From the UHGV virus genome UHGV-1682877: a DNA stretch of 64,000 nt, one strand, 5' to 3'. Of the stretch, positions 36,078 through 46,520 are shown in pieces. Below the pieces are notes generated by a model. That model saw nothing but the letters and a program-made list of their open reading frames with translations. It was not told the origin of the DNA and made no database searches. The stretch comes from a virus. Positions within the stretch are counted from its first letter, which is position 1. Each line of letters begins with the position of its first letter. Position numbers and translations under genes: made by a program.

Positions 36078-38453
36078 ATGAGTTTAATTACAGAAGTTGA
36101 TATTCTTGATGAAGCCAAAGAAAACTTTTTAACTTATAGTTCGGAAGTTTTGACAGATAGAGCTATTCCTTCAATTGAAGATGGTCTTCTTTCTGCACAA
36201 AGAAAAATTCTTTGGACTATGGAAGATTATCTTAAAATGAATAACAAAAGTAAAACAAAAAAGTGTAACGCTATTGTGGGAAGTACATTAGCAACTAGCT
36301 ATTTTCATGGTGATGCTAGTTGCTATGGAGTTTTATGTAAAATGTCTCAGGATTATCTTATGCGGTATCCTCTAATTGCGGGGCAGGGTTCATTGGGTAC
36401 ACAAGAGAATAATGATATGGTGGCTTCTGCTAGATATACAGAAGCTAAACCTGGTATTTATGCAGATTTGATGATGAAGGATTTTAAAAAGAATATTGTC
36501 CCAACAAAAGAGACATATAATGGTGAATTTATGGAACCAGTTATTCTTCCTTCACTTTTTCCTAATGCAATTTGCAATGGTAGACAGGCTATTGGTGTGT
36601 CTATGAGCCATAATAGTAGCCCACACAATTTGACAGAAGTATGTGAAACTGCAATCGCATTTATTCAGAAAAAAATTTCCAATACTAACGATCTGCTTAA
36701 ATATTTACCTGGGCCAGATTTTCCATTAGGCGGTACTATTATTAATATCAAAGATATTTATACTGCTTTTAATACTGGTCATTCTTCTGTTTCTTTAAAG
36801 ATTCAAGGAGATTATGAGATTAAAGATAATAAAATTATCTTTACTACCATTCCTTATAGAACCTATCGAAATAAAATTAAAGAACAGATTGAAAAAAATG
36901 TAGATGTTTTGGCAGAAGTAATTGAGGATTTTGACGATGAATCCAACGTTGGACAAAACAAGTTAATCTTTTACGTTAAGAAAAACGTAAATCCGCAAAT
37001 TGCTTTAAATAGATTATTTAAATTAACTGATTTGCAGACTACCCTTTCCTATAATATGAATTTTATTGTTAATGGTACTCCTAAACTTTGTTCTATGTTA
37101 GATTTAATTAAGAATTATGTTTTACATCAAGAAAACATGTTAATTAATTCTACTACTTTTGACAAAGAGAAAGCAGAAGTTAGAGTTCATATTTTGGAAG
37201 GTCTTATTGCTGCGGTAGATAAAATTGATGAAGTAATTAAAATTATTAAGCAATCTGAAAATAATCAAATGGCAAAAGAAGGTTTGATGGCTTTTCTTTC
37301 TATTGATGAAGTTCAGGCAAATGCAGTTTTAGACATGAAACTCGGCAAATTAAGTAAAATTAACAAAAATGAATTAATTCAAGAATTGGAAGATAAAAAG
37401 AAGTTTATTGAATATTGTATTGGTATTTTAACCAATAAAGAAATTCGCGATAATACTTTAATTAATATTATTACTGAATTAAAAGATAAATATGGAGATA
37501 AGAGAAGAACTAAACTATTAAACTTAGAAGATAATAATATTGAAACAATAGTCCCTGATATTGTCCCTGAAAATTGTGTTGTATCTATTACTAAATCTGG
37601 TAATATTAAACGCATTCCTAGCAAAAATTATAAAACGCAAAAGCGCAATGGTGTAGGTATTAAAAATAATGATGATATTATTTCTTATATTTGTAATACT
37701 AATACTATTGATACTTTAATGGTTTTTTCTTCTAAGGGGAAAATGTATCGTTTGCTGGTGAACAATATCCCAGAAGGGACTAACTCTTCCAAAGGAAGTA
37801 ATTTAAATACTTTAATTAAGTTTGATAAAAATGAATTTCCTATGGCTTTTGCTTCTTTACATCAAGGAACAAATGCAAAGTATGTTTTTTTTGTAACTAA
37901 GAATGGTATTATTAAAAAGGTTGCTTTAGAGGAATTTAATAATACTAAAAGAAATATGGGCGTTGTGGCAATCTCTTTAAAAGAAAATGATGCACTTAGA
38001 GCTGTAACTTTTATTGAAGAAGAGACAATGTTATTAATTACCAAGAATGGCACTGTTTTACATTTTGATTCAAAAGATATGCCAATTTCTTCTCGAATTG
38101 CGCAAGGAGTAAAAGGAATTAATTTGCGCGAAGGGGATAGTGTATTTACCTGTTTACCAGTTACAAATAATAAAAATAATCTAGCTTTTATCAGCGAAGA
38201 TGGCAATGGCAAACAAGTTTTATTAAAAGAATTTGTATTGCAAAAAAGAGGTGGAAGAGGTACTTATGGCTATCGAGGAATTATTGCGGGCTGTTGTTTA
38301 ATTAATAATAGTAATAATTTATTGATTGTGGGAGATAAATCTACTATTAAAATTTCAGCAAAAGAATTGACATTAGGAAGTAAAGTTGCACAAGGGGTAA
38401 AAATTATTAAGAATAATAATAAGATAAATTCTGTATCTAAAATTGAGGAGTGA
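36078..38453 (+). CDS. type II topoisomerase DNA breakage-reunion subunit (GyrA/T4 gp52-like)
   Basis: AIPSIEDGLLSAQRKILWTM N-terminal motif. Confidence 0.7.
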   Translation: MSLITEVDILDEAKENFLTYSSEVLTDRAIPSIEDGLLSAQRKILWTMEDYLKMNNKSKTKKCNAIVGSTLATSYFHGDASCYGVLCKMSQDYLMRYPLIAGQGSLGTQENNDMVASARYTEAKPGIYADLMMKDFKKNIVPTKETYNGEFMEPVILPSLFPNAICNGRQAIGVSMSHNSSPHNLTEVCETAIAFIQKKISNTNDLLKYLPGPDFPLGGTIINIKDIYTAFNTGHSSVSLKIQGDYEIKDNKIIFTTIPYRTYRNKIKEQIEKNVDVLAEVIEDFDDESNVGQNKLIFYVKKNVNPQIALNRLFKLTDLQTTLSYNMNFIVNGTPKLCSMLDLIKNYVLHQENMLINSTTFDKEKAEVRVHILEGLIAAVDKIDEVIKIIKQSENNQMAKEGLMAFLSIDEVQANAVLDMKLGKLSKINKNELIQELEDKKKFIEYCIGILTNKEIRDNTLINIITELKDKYGDKRRTKLLNLEDNNIETIVPDIVPENCVVSITKSGNIKRIPSKNYKTQKRNGVGIKNNDDIISYICNTNTIDTLMVFSSKGKMYRLLVNNIPEGTNSSKGSNLNTLIKFDKNEFPMAFASLHQGTNAKYVFFVTKNGIIKKVALEEFNNTKRNMGVVAISLKENDALRAVTFIEEETMLLITKNGTVLHFDSKDMPISSRIAQGVKGINLREGDSVFTCLPVTNNKNNLAFISEDGNGKQVLLKEFVLQKRGGRGTYGYRGIIAGCCLINNSNNLLIVGDKSTIKISAKELTLGSKVAQGVKIIKNNNKINSVSKIEE

Positions 38454-39547
38454 TATTATTGTATCCAGAAGCTAAAATGATTCCGCCAATGAAAATCTGG
38501 AAAATTCCTTCTGATATGGAAGCATATAAACTTCCAGAAATTTTAAATTCTAAAGAGTATTTTGCTGAAGAAAAAATTGATGGTTATTGGTATCAGTATG
38601 AAAAAACAGAACATTATTCTTATCTTTTTAGTAGAAATATTTCTAAAACAACTGGATATTATTCTGAAAAGGGAGAAAATGTACCTCATATTATGAAGGC
38701 TTTAGATAGTTGTCTTCCTCCTAATACTACTTTAATTGGAGAAATTTTTTATCCAGGAAAAACTTCAAAAGAAGTAACAACTATTATGGGGTGTTTGCCG
38801 GCTACCGCAATTAAAAGACAAAAGAATAACCTTATTCATTATTATATCCATGATATTATTCAATATGATGGATGTAATTTAGTTAATTGTCCTGCTTGGG
38901 ATAGGTATAAAATTTTAAAAGCAATTTGGGATAAACATTATTTGGATCAGTTTAATTTTCTTAAATTGGCTTTTGCTTTTGATACAAAAATTCAAGAACG
39001 TCTTGATATTATTTTAAAAGTGGGCGGAGAAGGACTTGTTTTAAAAAAGAAAAATTTGCCGTATTATCCTGATAAACGTCCTGCTTGGTCTACTATTAAA
39101 ATTAAACGTACAGATAGCGTGGATTTAGTCTGTATTGGCTTTTGTCCTGCTACTAAAAAATATACAGGAAAAGATTTAGAAACATGGGAGTATTGGGAAA
39201 CTCCTGATGGTTTGCAAGAAGGACGTTATTATATAAATTGGATTAAAGATAAAGATAACTATACTCCTATTACTAAGCCTTATTTTTTTGGTTGGAAAAC
39301 TGCATTAGAGGTAGGAGCCTATGACAATACAGGAAAATTAGTTAAAATTGGAACAGTTTCTTCTGGCTTAACAGATGAAGATAAAAATCTAATTCTTAAA
39401 AAACCAGAAGAATTTTTAAATCATGTTGTCAGTATTGATTGTATGCAAATTGATAAAAATGAACACACTTTGCGGCATCCTCATTTTATTAAAATCAGAG
39501 AAGATAAACCAGCAAAAGATTGTTTAATAGAAGAAATTTTTTCTTGA
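38450..39547 (+). CDS. ATP-dependent DNA ligase
   Basis: KIDGYW adenylation motif I (KxDG). Confidence 0.6.
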   Translation: MILLYPEAKMIPPMKIWKIPSDMEAYKLPEILNSKEYFAEEKIDGYWYQYEKTEHYSYLFSRNISKTTGYYSEKGENVPHIMKALDSCLPPNTTLIGEIFYPGKTSKEVTTIMGCLPATAIKRQKNNLIHYYIHDIIQYDGCNLVNCPAWDRYKILKAIWDKHYLDQFNFLKLAFAFDTKIQERLDIILKVGGEGLVLKKKNLPYYPDKRPAWSTIKIKRTDSVDLVCIGFCPATKKYTGKDLETWEYWETPDGLQEGRYYINWIKDKDNYTPITKPYFFGWKTALEVGAYDNTGKLVKIGTVSSGLTDEDKNLILKKPEEFLNHVVSIDCMQIDKNEHTLRHPHFIKIREDKPAKDCLIEEIFS

Positions 39548-39602
39548 TTTTTTTAAAAAAATATAATATAATATAAATACAATAAAGGTTAAGGAAAAAA
39601 TA

Positions 39603-39812
39603 ATGACAAAAAAACAAATTAAAAAAATTGCATCTGAAATGACTGCATTAGAAAAAATCCATAATGATGGAAACAGTAGTCAAGATCAAATTGCTAAAGC
39701 TGAAAAGCGTATTATGCAATTAACAGAAATGATTATGCGATTGCCGCACGGTCAAGGCTTTGAAGTTATGGCAGAAATTGATGAAATTATTCAAAAGAAT
39801 TTGAAAAATTAA
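39603..39812 (+). CDS. hypothetical protein
   Basis: ORF track. Confidence 0.4.
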   Translation: MTKKQIKKIASEMTALEKIHNDGNSSQDQIAKAEKRIMQLTEMIMRLPHGQGFEVMAEIDEIIQKNLKN

Positions 39813-39925
39813 AATTTTTTTGATATAATATATACATAAATTAAGTTAATAACTATGAAAGAAATAATACTCATAGATTATTATATAAATTAAAAAAATA
39901 TTTAAATAAAAGGAGATAATTAATT

Positions 39926-40192
39926 ATGGCAATGTCCGACAATTCTAAGAAGGTTTTTGAGTATTTGAAGAATAACGCTGGTACTGATATGACGAGTGCT
40001 GATGTGGCTGGCGCACTGGGTTTGGAGAAGCGTCAGGTCGATGGTATTTTTACTTCCGCTATTCAGCGTAAGGGTTATGGTATTCGTGTTCCCGCTGAGG
40101 TTGAGCTACCTGATGGTACTCATAAGGCTATTAAACTGCTTCAGTTGACCGAGGAAGGTATGAACTTTACCCCTGACGATATTGATGATTGA
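39926..40192 (+). CDS. hypothetical protein
   Basis: ORF with locally GC-richer codon choice. Confidence 0.45.
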   Translation: MAMSDNSKKVFEYLKNNAGTDMTSADVAGALGLEKRQVDGIFTSAIQRKGYGIRVPAEVELPDGTHKAIKLLQLTEEGMNFTPDDIDD

Positions 40193-40204
40193 TAATTAAT
40201 GTAA

Positions 40205-40233
40205 AAGGAGGACTTTTGTCCTCCTTTTATTTC
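40205..40233 (+). terminator. rho-independent terminator
   Basis: aaggaggac/gtcctcctt hairpin plus T-run. Confidence 0.6.
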
Positions 40234-40254
40234 TCTTAAAGAGGTGTAATAAAA

Positions 40255-40914
40255 TTGGGCAAAGTTATTATCCAATCCGCAACTACTAAGAATCCTCTTC
40301 ATCTTATCGGCGTTGAAGCGGGAGTATGTTGGAACGCAAAAATCACAAATAAATATAATAATATTAAAAGAGCTAAAGAATGTATTGAATCTGGGCATGG
40401 AAGAGTTATGGAATTTCCACAAGTTTATATGATCCTTGAAGGATATAGCGCAAAAACTTTGAGAGAATTTTATACTCATATTTCAGGTGGCCCCACACGA
40501 CTACAAGCGTCAACTCGCTATATCAACTATGATTCTTTTTCTTTTGTTTCTCCTTCTTTTACTTCTAAAGAAATGAAACAAAAATATGAAGAAAGTATGC
40601 AATCAATTGCTCAGAATTATAAAGTATTAGTTGATATGGGGATGCCGATTGAAGATGCTAGTCTTTTGCTTCCTCTCGGTATGGAAACAAAAGTAGTAGT
40701 AAGAACTAATTTGCGGAATTTAGTTGATATGTCCCATCAAAGAATGTGTAAACGTGCCTATTGGGAATATCAAAATGTTATGCAGGATATAAAAAAAGCA
40801 CTTGCTATTTACTCAGAAGAATGGAAATATTTGGTAGATCACTTATTTGTTCCCAAATGTCAATATTTCGGCAAATGTACCGAGAAGCATTCTTGCGGTA
40901 AATTGAAAAATTAA
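40255..40914 (+). CDS. thyX: flavin-dependent thymidylate synthase (ThyX)-like
   Basis: THISGGPTRLQASTRY resembles ThyX RHRx7S motif; TTG start. Confidence 0.5.
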   Translation: MGKVIIQSATTKNPLHLIGVEAGVCWNAKITNKYNNIKRAKECIESGHGRVMEFPQVYMILEGYSAKTLREFYTHISGGPTRLQASTRYINYDSFSFVSPSFTSKEMKQKYEESMQSIAQNYKVLVDMGMPIEDASLLLPLGMETKVVVRTNLRNLVDMSHQRMCKRAYWEYQNVMQDIKKALAIYSEEWKYLVDHLFVPKCQYFGKCTEKHSCGKLKN

Positions 40915-41008
40915 AAAAAATATTATACAATATTTATAGAAAATAAAAAGAAAAGCCTCTTTTCAGAAGTGGCAATAAAAAAAATAATTAAATCAAAAGG
41001 AGAAAATA

Positions 41009-41965
41009 ATGAGTAAGAAGTTTATTAATGCAGTACATTTGAATGGTTTTGTTCATAGTCACAAGCTTGAAAAGAAGGTTTCTGGCAGTGCTTCTAAGAA
41101 TCCTGGTACTGAGTATATTCGTGGTGATGTTAATATTGCAACAGATAATAAGTGTCTGAATGTTGTTACTGTTCATTTTAGATATGTAACCGCGGTTACT
41201 GCTCGTGGTACTAATGATACTTATAATATTCTTGAGCGAATTTTGAATAATGATCTGGGTAATGTCATGGATAATGGCAAGGATAATGCGGCATATGTAA
41301 GAATTGATACTGCTATTGCTTTGAATGAATTTTATGATAAGAATGATATGGAAAAGCTGGTAAGTAATCGACGTCTTGAAGGTGGTTTTATTCATCTTGA
41401 GGTTTGCCCCGAAGAGGGAATTGATGAATCTAAGAGTGCAACTTTCAATGAAGATATTGTGATTAATAATTGTGTGCGTTATGAGGCAGATGATGAGAGA
41501 GGTAAGCCTGAGCGTGTTGTTATTAAGGGTGCAGTTTTTGATTTTCGTAAGGCATTGCTTCCTGTTGAATTTACTGCTGTAAATCCTGCGGCGATGGATT
41601 ATTTTGAAGGGCTGGAAGCAAGTCCTAAGAATCCAGTTTTTACTCGTATTCAGGGTAAAATTATTTCTCAGACTGTGGTAAAGAAGATCGAGGAAGAGTC
41701 TGCTTTTGGCGAAGCAATTGTGAAAGAAACTCCTCAGTCTTATAAGGATTATGTAGTTAATTGGGCGCAGCAGACTCCTTATGAGTGGGATAGTGAAGAT
41801 ACTATTCTTGCTTCTGAGCTTCAGGATTATGTTGCAGCACGAGAGATTGCTCTTGCAACCATTAAGAAGAATCAGCTCGATTATCAGAATAAAGCAAATA
41901 ATAACGCTATTGGTGGCGGAACTGGGGTTACAGTTAATTCTAGTAAGAATGATTATGATTTTTAA
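41009..41965 (+). CDS. hypothetical protein, possible ssDNA-binding partner of Sak4
   Basis: position upstream of Sak4-like ATPase; no diagnostic motif. Confidence 0.35.
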   Translation: MSKKFINAVHLNGFVHSHKLEKKVSGSASKNPGTEYIRGDVNIATDNKCLNVVTVHFRYVTAVTARGTNDTYNILERILNNDLGNVMDNGKDNAAYVRIDTAIALNEFYDKNDMEKLVSNRRLEGGFIHLEVCPEEGIDESKSATFNEDIVINNCVRYEADDERGKPERVVIKGAVFDFRKALLPVEFTAVNPAAMDYFEGLEASPKNPVFTRIQGKIISQTVVKKIEEESAFGEAIVKETPQSYKDYVVNWAQQTPYEWDSEDTILASELQDYVAAREIALATIKKNQLDYQNKANNNAIGGGTGVTVNSSKNDYDF

Positions 41966-41977
41966 TTAAAATTTTAT

Positions 41978-42015
41978 ATGAATGAGCTTTTTTAAAGCTC
42001 ATTCATATTTTTCTT
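41978..42015 (+). terminator. rho-independent terminator
   Basis: atgaatgagctt/aagctcattcat hairpin plus T-rich. Confidence 0.6.
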
Positions 42016-42048
42016 TAAAATTATTTTATTTAAAAAGGAGATTATTTT

Positions 42049-43020
42049 ATGGGTTTGCTTGATATTAAGCCGCATGAAGTTTCAAGAGATTTGCGGGGAT
42101 ACTCAGTTCTTTTCTATGGAGCACCTAAGAGTGGTAAGACGACAGTTGCTTCTAGATTTCCAGGCTCACTTTTGTTAGCTTTCGAGAAAGGTTATAATGC
42201 ATTGCCTGGTGTTTACGCCCAGCCAATTAATTCTTGGGGTGAGTTTAAGAAAACTTTGCAGGAATTGAAAAATCCTGAAGTACAAGAAAAGTTTTCAACT
42301 ATTGTAATTGATACAGCAGATATTGCTTATAGTTATTGTGAGCGTTATATCTGTAGTCGTGAAGGTGTAGATACAATTGCTGATCTTGCATATGGTAAGG
42401 GTTATGCAATGGTTGGTAATGAATTTGATGAATCTATTAGAAAGATTTTACAGCTAAATTATGGTCTTGTCCTTATTTCTCATGCCACAGATAAAGTTTT
42501 TAAGGATGAATCGGGAGCAGAATTTAATCAGATTGTTCCTACTCTTGATAAAAGAGGCCGCTTGATTTGTGAAAGAACTTGTGATATTATTGGTTATTCT
42601 ACTGCTGTGAATACAGAAGATGGAGTTAAAACTCGTTTGTATATGAGAGGTACTCCTAGATTTGTTGCAGGTAGCCGATTTGCTTATATTCCTGATTACA
42701 TTAATTTCAGTTATGATAATCTGGTAAATGCTATTGCTGAAGCTATTGATAAGCAGTCTCAGCAAACAAATGGTCAGTATATTACAGATAAACCTACACA
42801 GGTTGTTTCTAAGGATACTGAATATGATTTTGATGGTTTGATGAATGAGTTTCAGGATTTGGTTGGACAGTTGATGTCTAGTAATCAAACAAATGCAGTT
42901 AAGATTACCGCAATTACTGATAAGTATTTGGGTAAGGGTAAGAAAGTTGGCGAATGTACTCCTGATCAGTCTGAGCAGTTGGATTTGATTGTACATGACT
43001 TGAAAGATTTAATGAATTAA
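42049..43020 (+). CDS. Sak4-like RecA-fold ATPase (AAA_24-type)
   Basis: Walker A GAPKSGKTT, Walker B IVIDTAD. Confidence 0.6.
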   Translation: MGLLDIKPHEVSRDLRGYSVLFYGAPKSGKTTVASRFPGSLLLAFEKGYNALPGVYAQPINSWGEFKKTLQELKNPEVQEKFSTIVIDTADIAYSYCERYICSREGVDTIADLAYGKGYAMVGNEFDESIRKILQLNYGLVLISHATDKVFKDESGAEFNQIVPTLDKRGRLICERTCDIIGYSTAVNTEDGVKTRLYMRGTPRFVAGSRFAYIPDYINFSYDNLVNAIAEAIDKQSQQTNGQYITDKPTQVVSKDTEYDFDGLMNEFQDLVGQLMSSNQTNAVKITAITDKYLGKGKKVGECTPDQSEQLDLIVHDLKDLMN

Positions 43021-43037
43021 TTATAGCAATAATAACA

Positions 43038-43071
43038 AAAGTCAAGAGGATTATCCTCTTGACTTTTGTTT
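43038..43071 (+). terminator. rho-independent terminator
   Basis: aaagtcaagagga/tcctcttgacttt hairpin. Confidence 0.55.
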
Positions 43072-43100
43072 AAATATATGTTATAATATTAAAAAAGGAA

Positions 43101-43640
43101 GTGATAAAAATTGCACATAAAGTAAAATGTTTTGTGTGCGGAAGTACATTTGACCGAGATAAAGAAGAATGTATACCAATTCCTAATAAAAGAAGATATG
43201 CACATAAGTTATGTTATGAAAGATATAGTCAAAATATTGCAGAAGAAGAAAAAAACCGGATTGCTTTAGAAGAATATATTAAACAACTTTTTAATTATGA
43301 TATAATTCCTAAAGTAGTTTATAAACAAATTAAAGACTATGTAAATGAAAATCATTATACTTATTCTGGTATTTTAAAAACTTTAAAATATCATTTTGAA
43401 GTAAAAGGTGGAGATTTAGGAAAGGCTCAAGGCAGAATTGGAATTGTCCCTTATCAGTATGAAAATGCTAGAAATTATTATTATACAATTTGGGAAAATC
43501 AACAAAGAAATGAAAATAAAGAAATAGAAAATTTTATTCTGCCTACAGAAGAAATTCATATCACTCCCCCTAAAACAAGAGAGCCAATGAGAAAAAGGAA
43601 AAGATTTTTTACTTTTTTGGAGGAAGATATGAATGAGTAA
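43101..43640 (+). CDS. hypothetical zinc-finger protein
   Basis: GTG start; CFVCG ... HKLC. Confidence 0.4.
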   Translation: MIKIAHKVKCFVCGSTFDRDKEECIPIPNKRRYAHKLCYERYSQNIAEEEKNRIALEEYIKQLFNYDIIPKVVYKQIKDYVNENHYTYSGILKTLKYHFEVKGGDLGKAQGRIGIVPYQYENARNYYYTIWENQQRNENKEIENFILPTEEIHITPPKTREPMRKRKRFFTFLEEDMNE

Positions 43641-45162
43641 ATATATAGATTTAACGGCAGTAGCCCAAGTTATTGGTTGTGTTTTTAATGATAATTCAAT
43701 TTTAGATGCACCTGATGAATTTCCTATTTTTGAAGAAGATTTTACAGAAGAAGTTCACAAAATTATTTTTGGGTCTATGTACAATATACATGAAGCAAAA
43801 TCAGCAATTACTTTAGATACTATTGTTGATTATTTGGCAGTTAGACCCAAATATGAAGCTGTGTTCAAAGCAAATGGTGGTTTAGAGTATGTAACTAAAG
43901 CCGCAGAATTAGCCACTAGAGATACTTTCAAATATTATTATAGTCGATTAAAAAAATTTACTTTATTAAGAGCTTATGATAAATTTGGAGTAGATGTTTC
44001 TTTTCTATATGATACTAATAATATTTTAGATTTAAAAAAGAAGCAAAAGCAAGAAGACTGGTTAGATTCTACTTCTCTTGTTGAAATAGCTGATATTATT
44101 GATAAACGAATTGATGATATTAAAGTTAAGTATATTGACAATAATGTAATTGGAGGATACCAAGCAGGAGAAGGAATTTTAGAATTAATTGAAAATTTTA
44201 AAAAGAATCCTGAAGTTGGTGCTCCACTTTATGGAAGACTGGTAAATACTGTTACTAGAGGCGCAAGACTTAGAAAATTGTATCTTAGATCTGCTGCTAC
44301 GGGTGCAGGTAAAACTAGAGCTTTAATTGCAGATGCTTGTAATTTTGCTTGTAATAAAATTTATGATACTAATTTTGGTATGTGGATTAAAAATGGAGCT
44401 TCTTTGCCAACTTTATTTATTGGTACTGAGCAAGATAAAGAAGAAATTCAAACTATGATGTTAGCTTTTCTTTCTGCGGTAAATGAAGACCATATTCTTA
44501 GAGGTGAATACAAAGCAGGAGAAGAAGAACGAGTTATTGAAGCAGGAAAAATTTTATCTGAATCACCTATTTGGGTAGAATTATTGCCTGATTATTCTTT
44601 AATGGATGTAGAAAATACTGTTAAAAGAAATATTAGGGAACATGATATAGCTTATGTCTGTTTTGATTACATTCAAAGTACAATGAAAATTCTTGAAGAA
44701 GTCACAAGACGAAGTGGTGGAGTAAGATTAAGAGAAGATAATATTCTTTTTATGTTAAGTGTTAGACTTAAAGATATTTGTAATGAGTATGGCATTTTTC
44801 TTATTACTGCAACACAACTTTCAGGTGATTTCCGCAATACTGATACTCCTGACCAAAGTTTGTTAAGAGGTGCAAAAAGCTTAGCAGATAAGGTGGATAT
44901 AGGTGAAATTATTTTGGATGTAACAGAAGAGGATTTAGAAACATTAAAACCAATCTTGTCTACAAATAATTTTCAAATTCCTGATAAAAAGATTTCAGTT
45001 TATAAAAACAGAAGAGGTTCTTATAAAGGAGTTTATTTATGGTGTGCTTCTGATTTAGGTATTTGTAGAATTCAGCCACAATTTGTTACAAAATGGAACT
45101 ACGATTTAGTTCCTATTGAAGATATAAAAATTATTATGGAAGATGAACCTTCCGCATTTTAA
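43633..45162 (+). CDS. dnaB: DnaB-like replicative helicase
   Basis: Walker A SAATGAGKTRAL, RecA-like C-terminal domain. Confidence 0.65.
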   Translation: MSKYIDLTAVAQVIGCVFNDNSILDAPDEFPIFEEDFTEEVHKIIFGSMYNIHEAKSAITLDTIVDYLAVRPKYEAVFKANGGLEYVTKAAELATRDTFKYYYSRLKKFTLLRAYDKFGVDVSFLYDTNNILDLKKKQKQEDWLDSTSLVEIADIIDKRIDDIKVKYIDNNVIGGYQAGEGILELIENFKKNPEVGAPLYGRLVNTVTRGARLRKLYLRSAATGAGKTRALIADACNFACNKIYDTNFGMWIKNGASLPTLFIGTEQDKEEIQTMMLAFLSAVNEDHILRGEYKAGEEERVIEAGKILSESPIWVELLPDYSLMDVENTVKRNIREHDIAYVCFDYIQSTMKILEEVTRRSGGVRLREDNILFMLSVRLKDICNEYGIFLITATQLSGDFRNTDTPDQSLLRGAKSLADKVDIGEIILDVTEEDLETLKPILSTNNFQIPDKKISVYKNRRGSYKGVYLWCASDLGICRIQPQFVTKWNYDLVPIEDIKIIMEDEPSAF

Positions 45163-45176
45163 AAAGGAGAATATTA

Positions 45177-45383
45177 ATGACTATTTATTATGCTAACTCT
45201 CATATGCCCGCAGTGAAGAATGAAAAGAAAATTGATTATAAGATGCCTATATCTATGTTTGAGGGTTTATTGAAGACTCGCAATAAGGAAGAGAAGCGAA
45301 TGAATCCTTATGAATATGTTACCAAAATTGTTAATAATGAATTTGGTCTGAGAGGTAAAGTTGTTAATGTAATTACATATTAA
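45177..45383 (+). CDS. hypothetical protein
   Basis: ORF track. Confidence 0.4.
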   Translation: MTIYYANSHMPAVKNEKKIDYKMPISMFEGLLKTRNKEEKRMNPYEYVTKIVNNEFGLRGKVVNVITY

Positions 45384-45385
45384 TT

Positions 45386-46483
45386 ATGGCCGGTTATTAC
45401 AATAAAGATTCTCTAAAAGAACAGTTAGATTTAGAAAATATTTATGATTTAGTCGCAGAATTAGGAGGAGAGCCAGAATATGTAGAAACTGGACTTATTT
45501 CGCAGACTATTTGTCATAATTATCCAGGTGAAGGTTCCAGAAAATTATACTATTATCAAAATTCTCATTTGTTTAAATGTTTCACAGATTGTGATTCTAC
45601 TTTTGACGTTTTTGAATTAGTAATTAAAGCTATGAAAATTCAAAAAGGTTATGAATGGGAATTATATGATGCAATGGTTTATATTGCTAGTTATTTTGGT
45701 TTGGGAGAAGCGGAACGCCCAAACCAAAATAACAATTCTGAACAATGGGTAGTTTTTAAGAGACATGATTTTTCATTGCCTTCTTTAAAACAAAATCCAA
45801 TTTTAAAAGAATATAATCCAAAAATTTTAAAGAATTTTTCTTATCCAAGAATTTTTGATTGGGAGCAAGAAGGAATTTCACATCAAATTAATTTAAAAAA
45901 TTTAATTGGTTATTTTCCAGCAGGAGAACAAATAACAATTCCACATTTTGATATAAACAATAGATTAATTGGAATTAGAGGTAGAGCTTTAATTCAAGAA
46001 AATGCAGAGAGATTTGGTAAATATAGACCTCTGCAAATTAATAATATTATATATAGTCATCCTTTAAGTATGAATTTATATAATTTAAACAATAGTAAAG
46101 AAAATATTAAAGCTAGTAAGACCGCAATTATTTTTGAATCTGAAAAAAGCACTCTTCAATTACAAACTTTTTATGGCTTTGAAAATAATATTTCAGTAGC
46201 ATGTTGTGGTAGTAATATTTCAAGCTACCAAATATATTTATTAGAAAAATTAGGGGTAAAGGAAATTATCATTGCTTTTGATAGACAGTTTAAAGAAATA
46301 GGTGATAGTGAATTTCAAAGATTAAAGAATAAATTAATTAATTTAAATAGAAAATATGGAAATTTAATTCAGATAACAGCAATTTTTGATAAAAATATGA
46401 TTACTCCTTATAAATCTAGTCCAAGTGATATGGGGAGGGACATATTTGAAAAATTATTATCTGAAAGAATTATTCCAAAATAA
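45386..46483 (+). CDS. dnaG: DnaG-like DNA primase
   Basis: zinc-binding region CHNYPGEGSRKLYYYQNSHLFKCFTDCD. Confidence 0.6.
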   Translation: MAGYYNKDSLKEQLDLENIYDLVAELGGEPEYVETGLISQTICHNYPGEGSRKLYYYQNSHLFKCFTDCDSTFDVFELVIKAMKIQKGYEWELYDAMVYIASYFGLGEAERPNQNNNSEQWVVFKRHDFSLPSLKQNPILKEYNPKILKNFSYPRIFDWEQEGISHQINLKNLIGYFPAGEQITIPHFDINNRLIGIRGRALIQENAERFGKYRPLQINNIIYSHPLSMNLYNLNNSKENIKASKTAIIFESEKSTLQLQTFYGFENNISVACCGSNISSYQIYLLEKLGVKEIIIAFDRQFKEIGDSEFQRLKNKLINLNRKYGNLIQITAIFDKNMITPYKSSPSDMGRDIFEKLLSERIIPK

Positions 46484-46520
46484 AGTAGTGGTGATCTCCG
46501 CATGAAAGGAGATTAATACT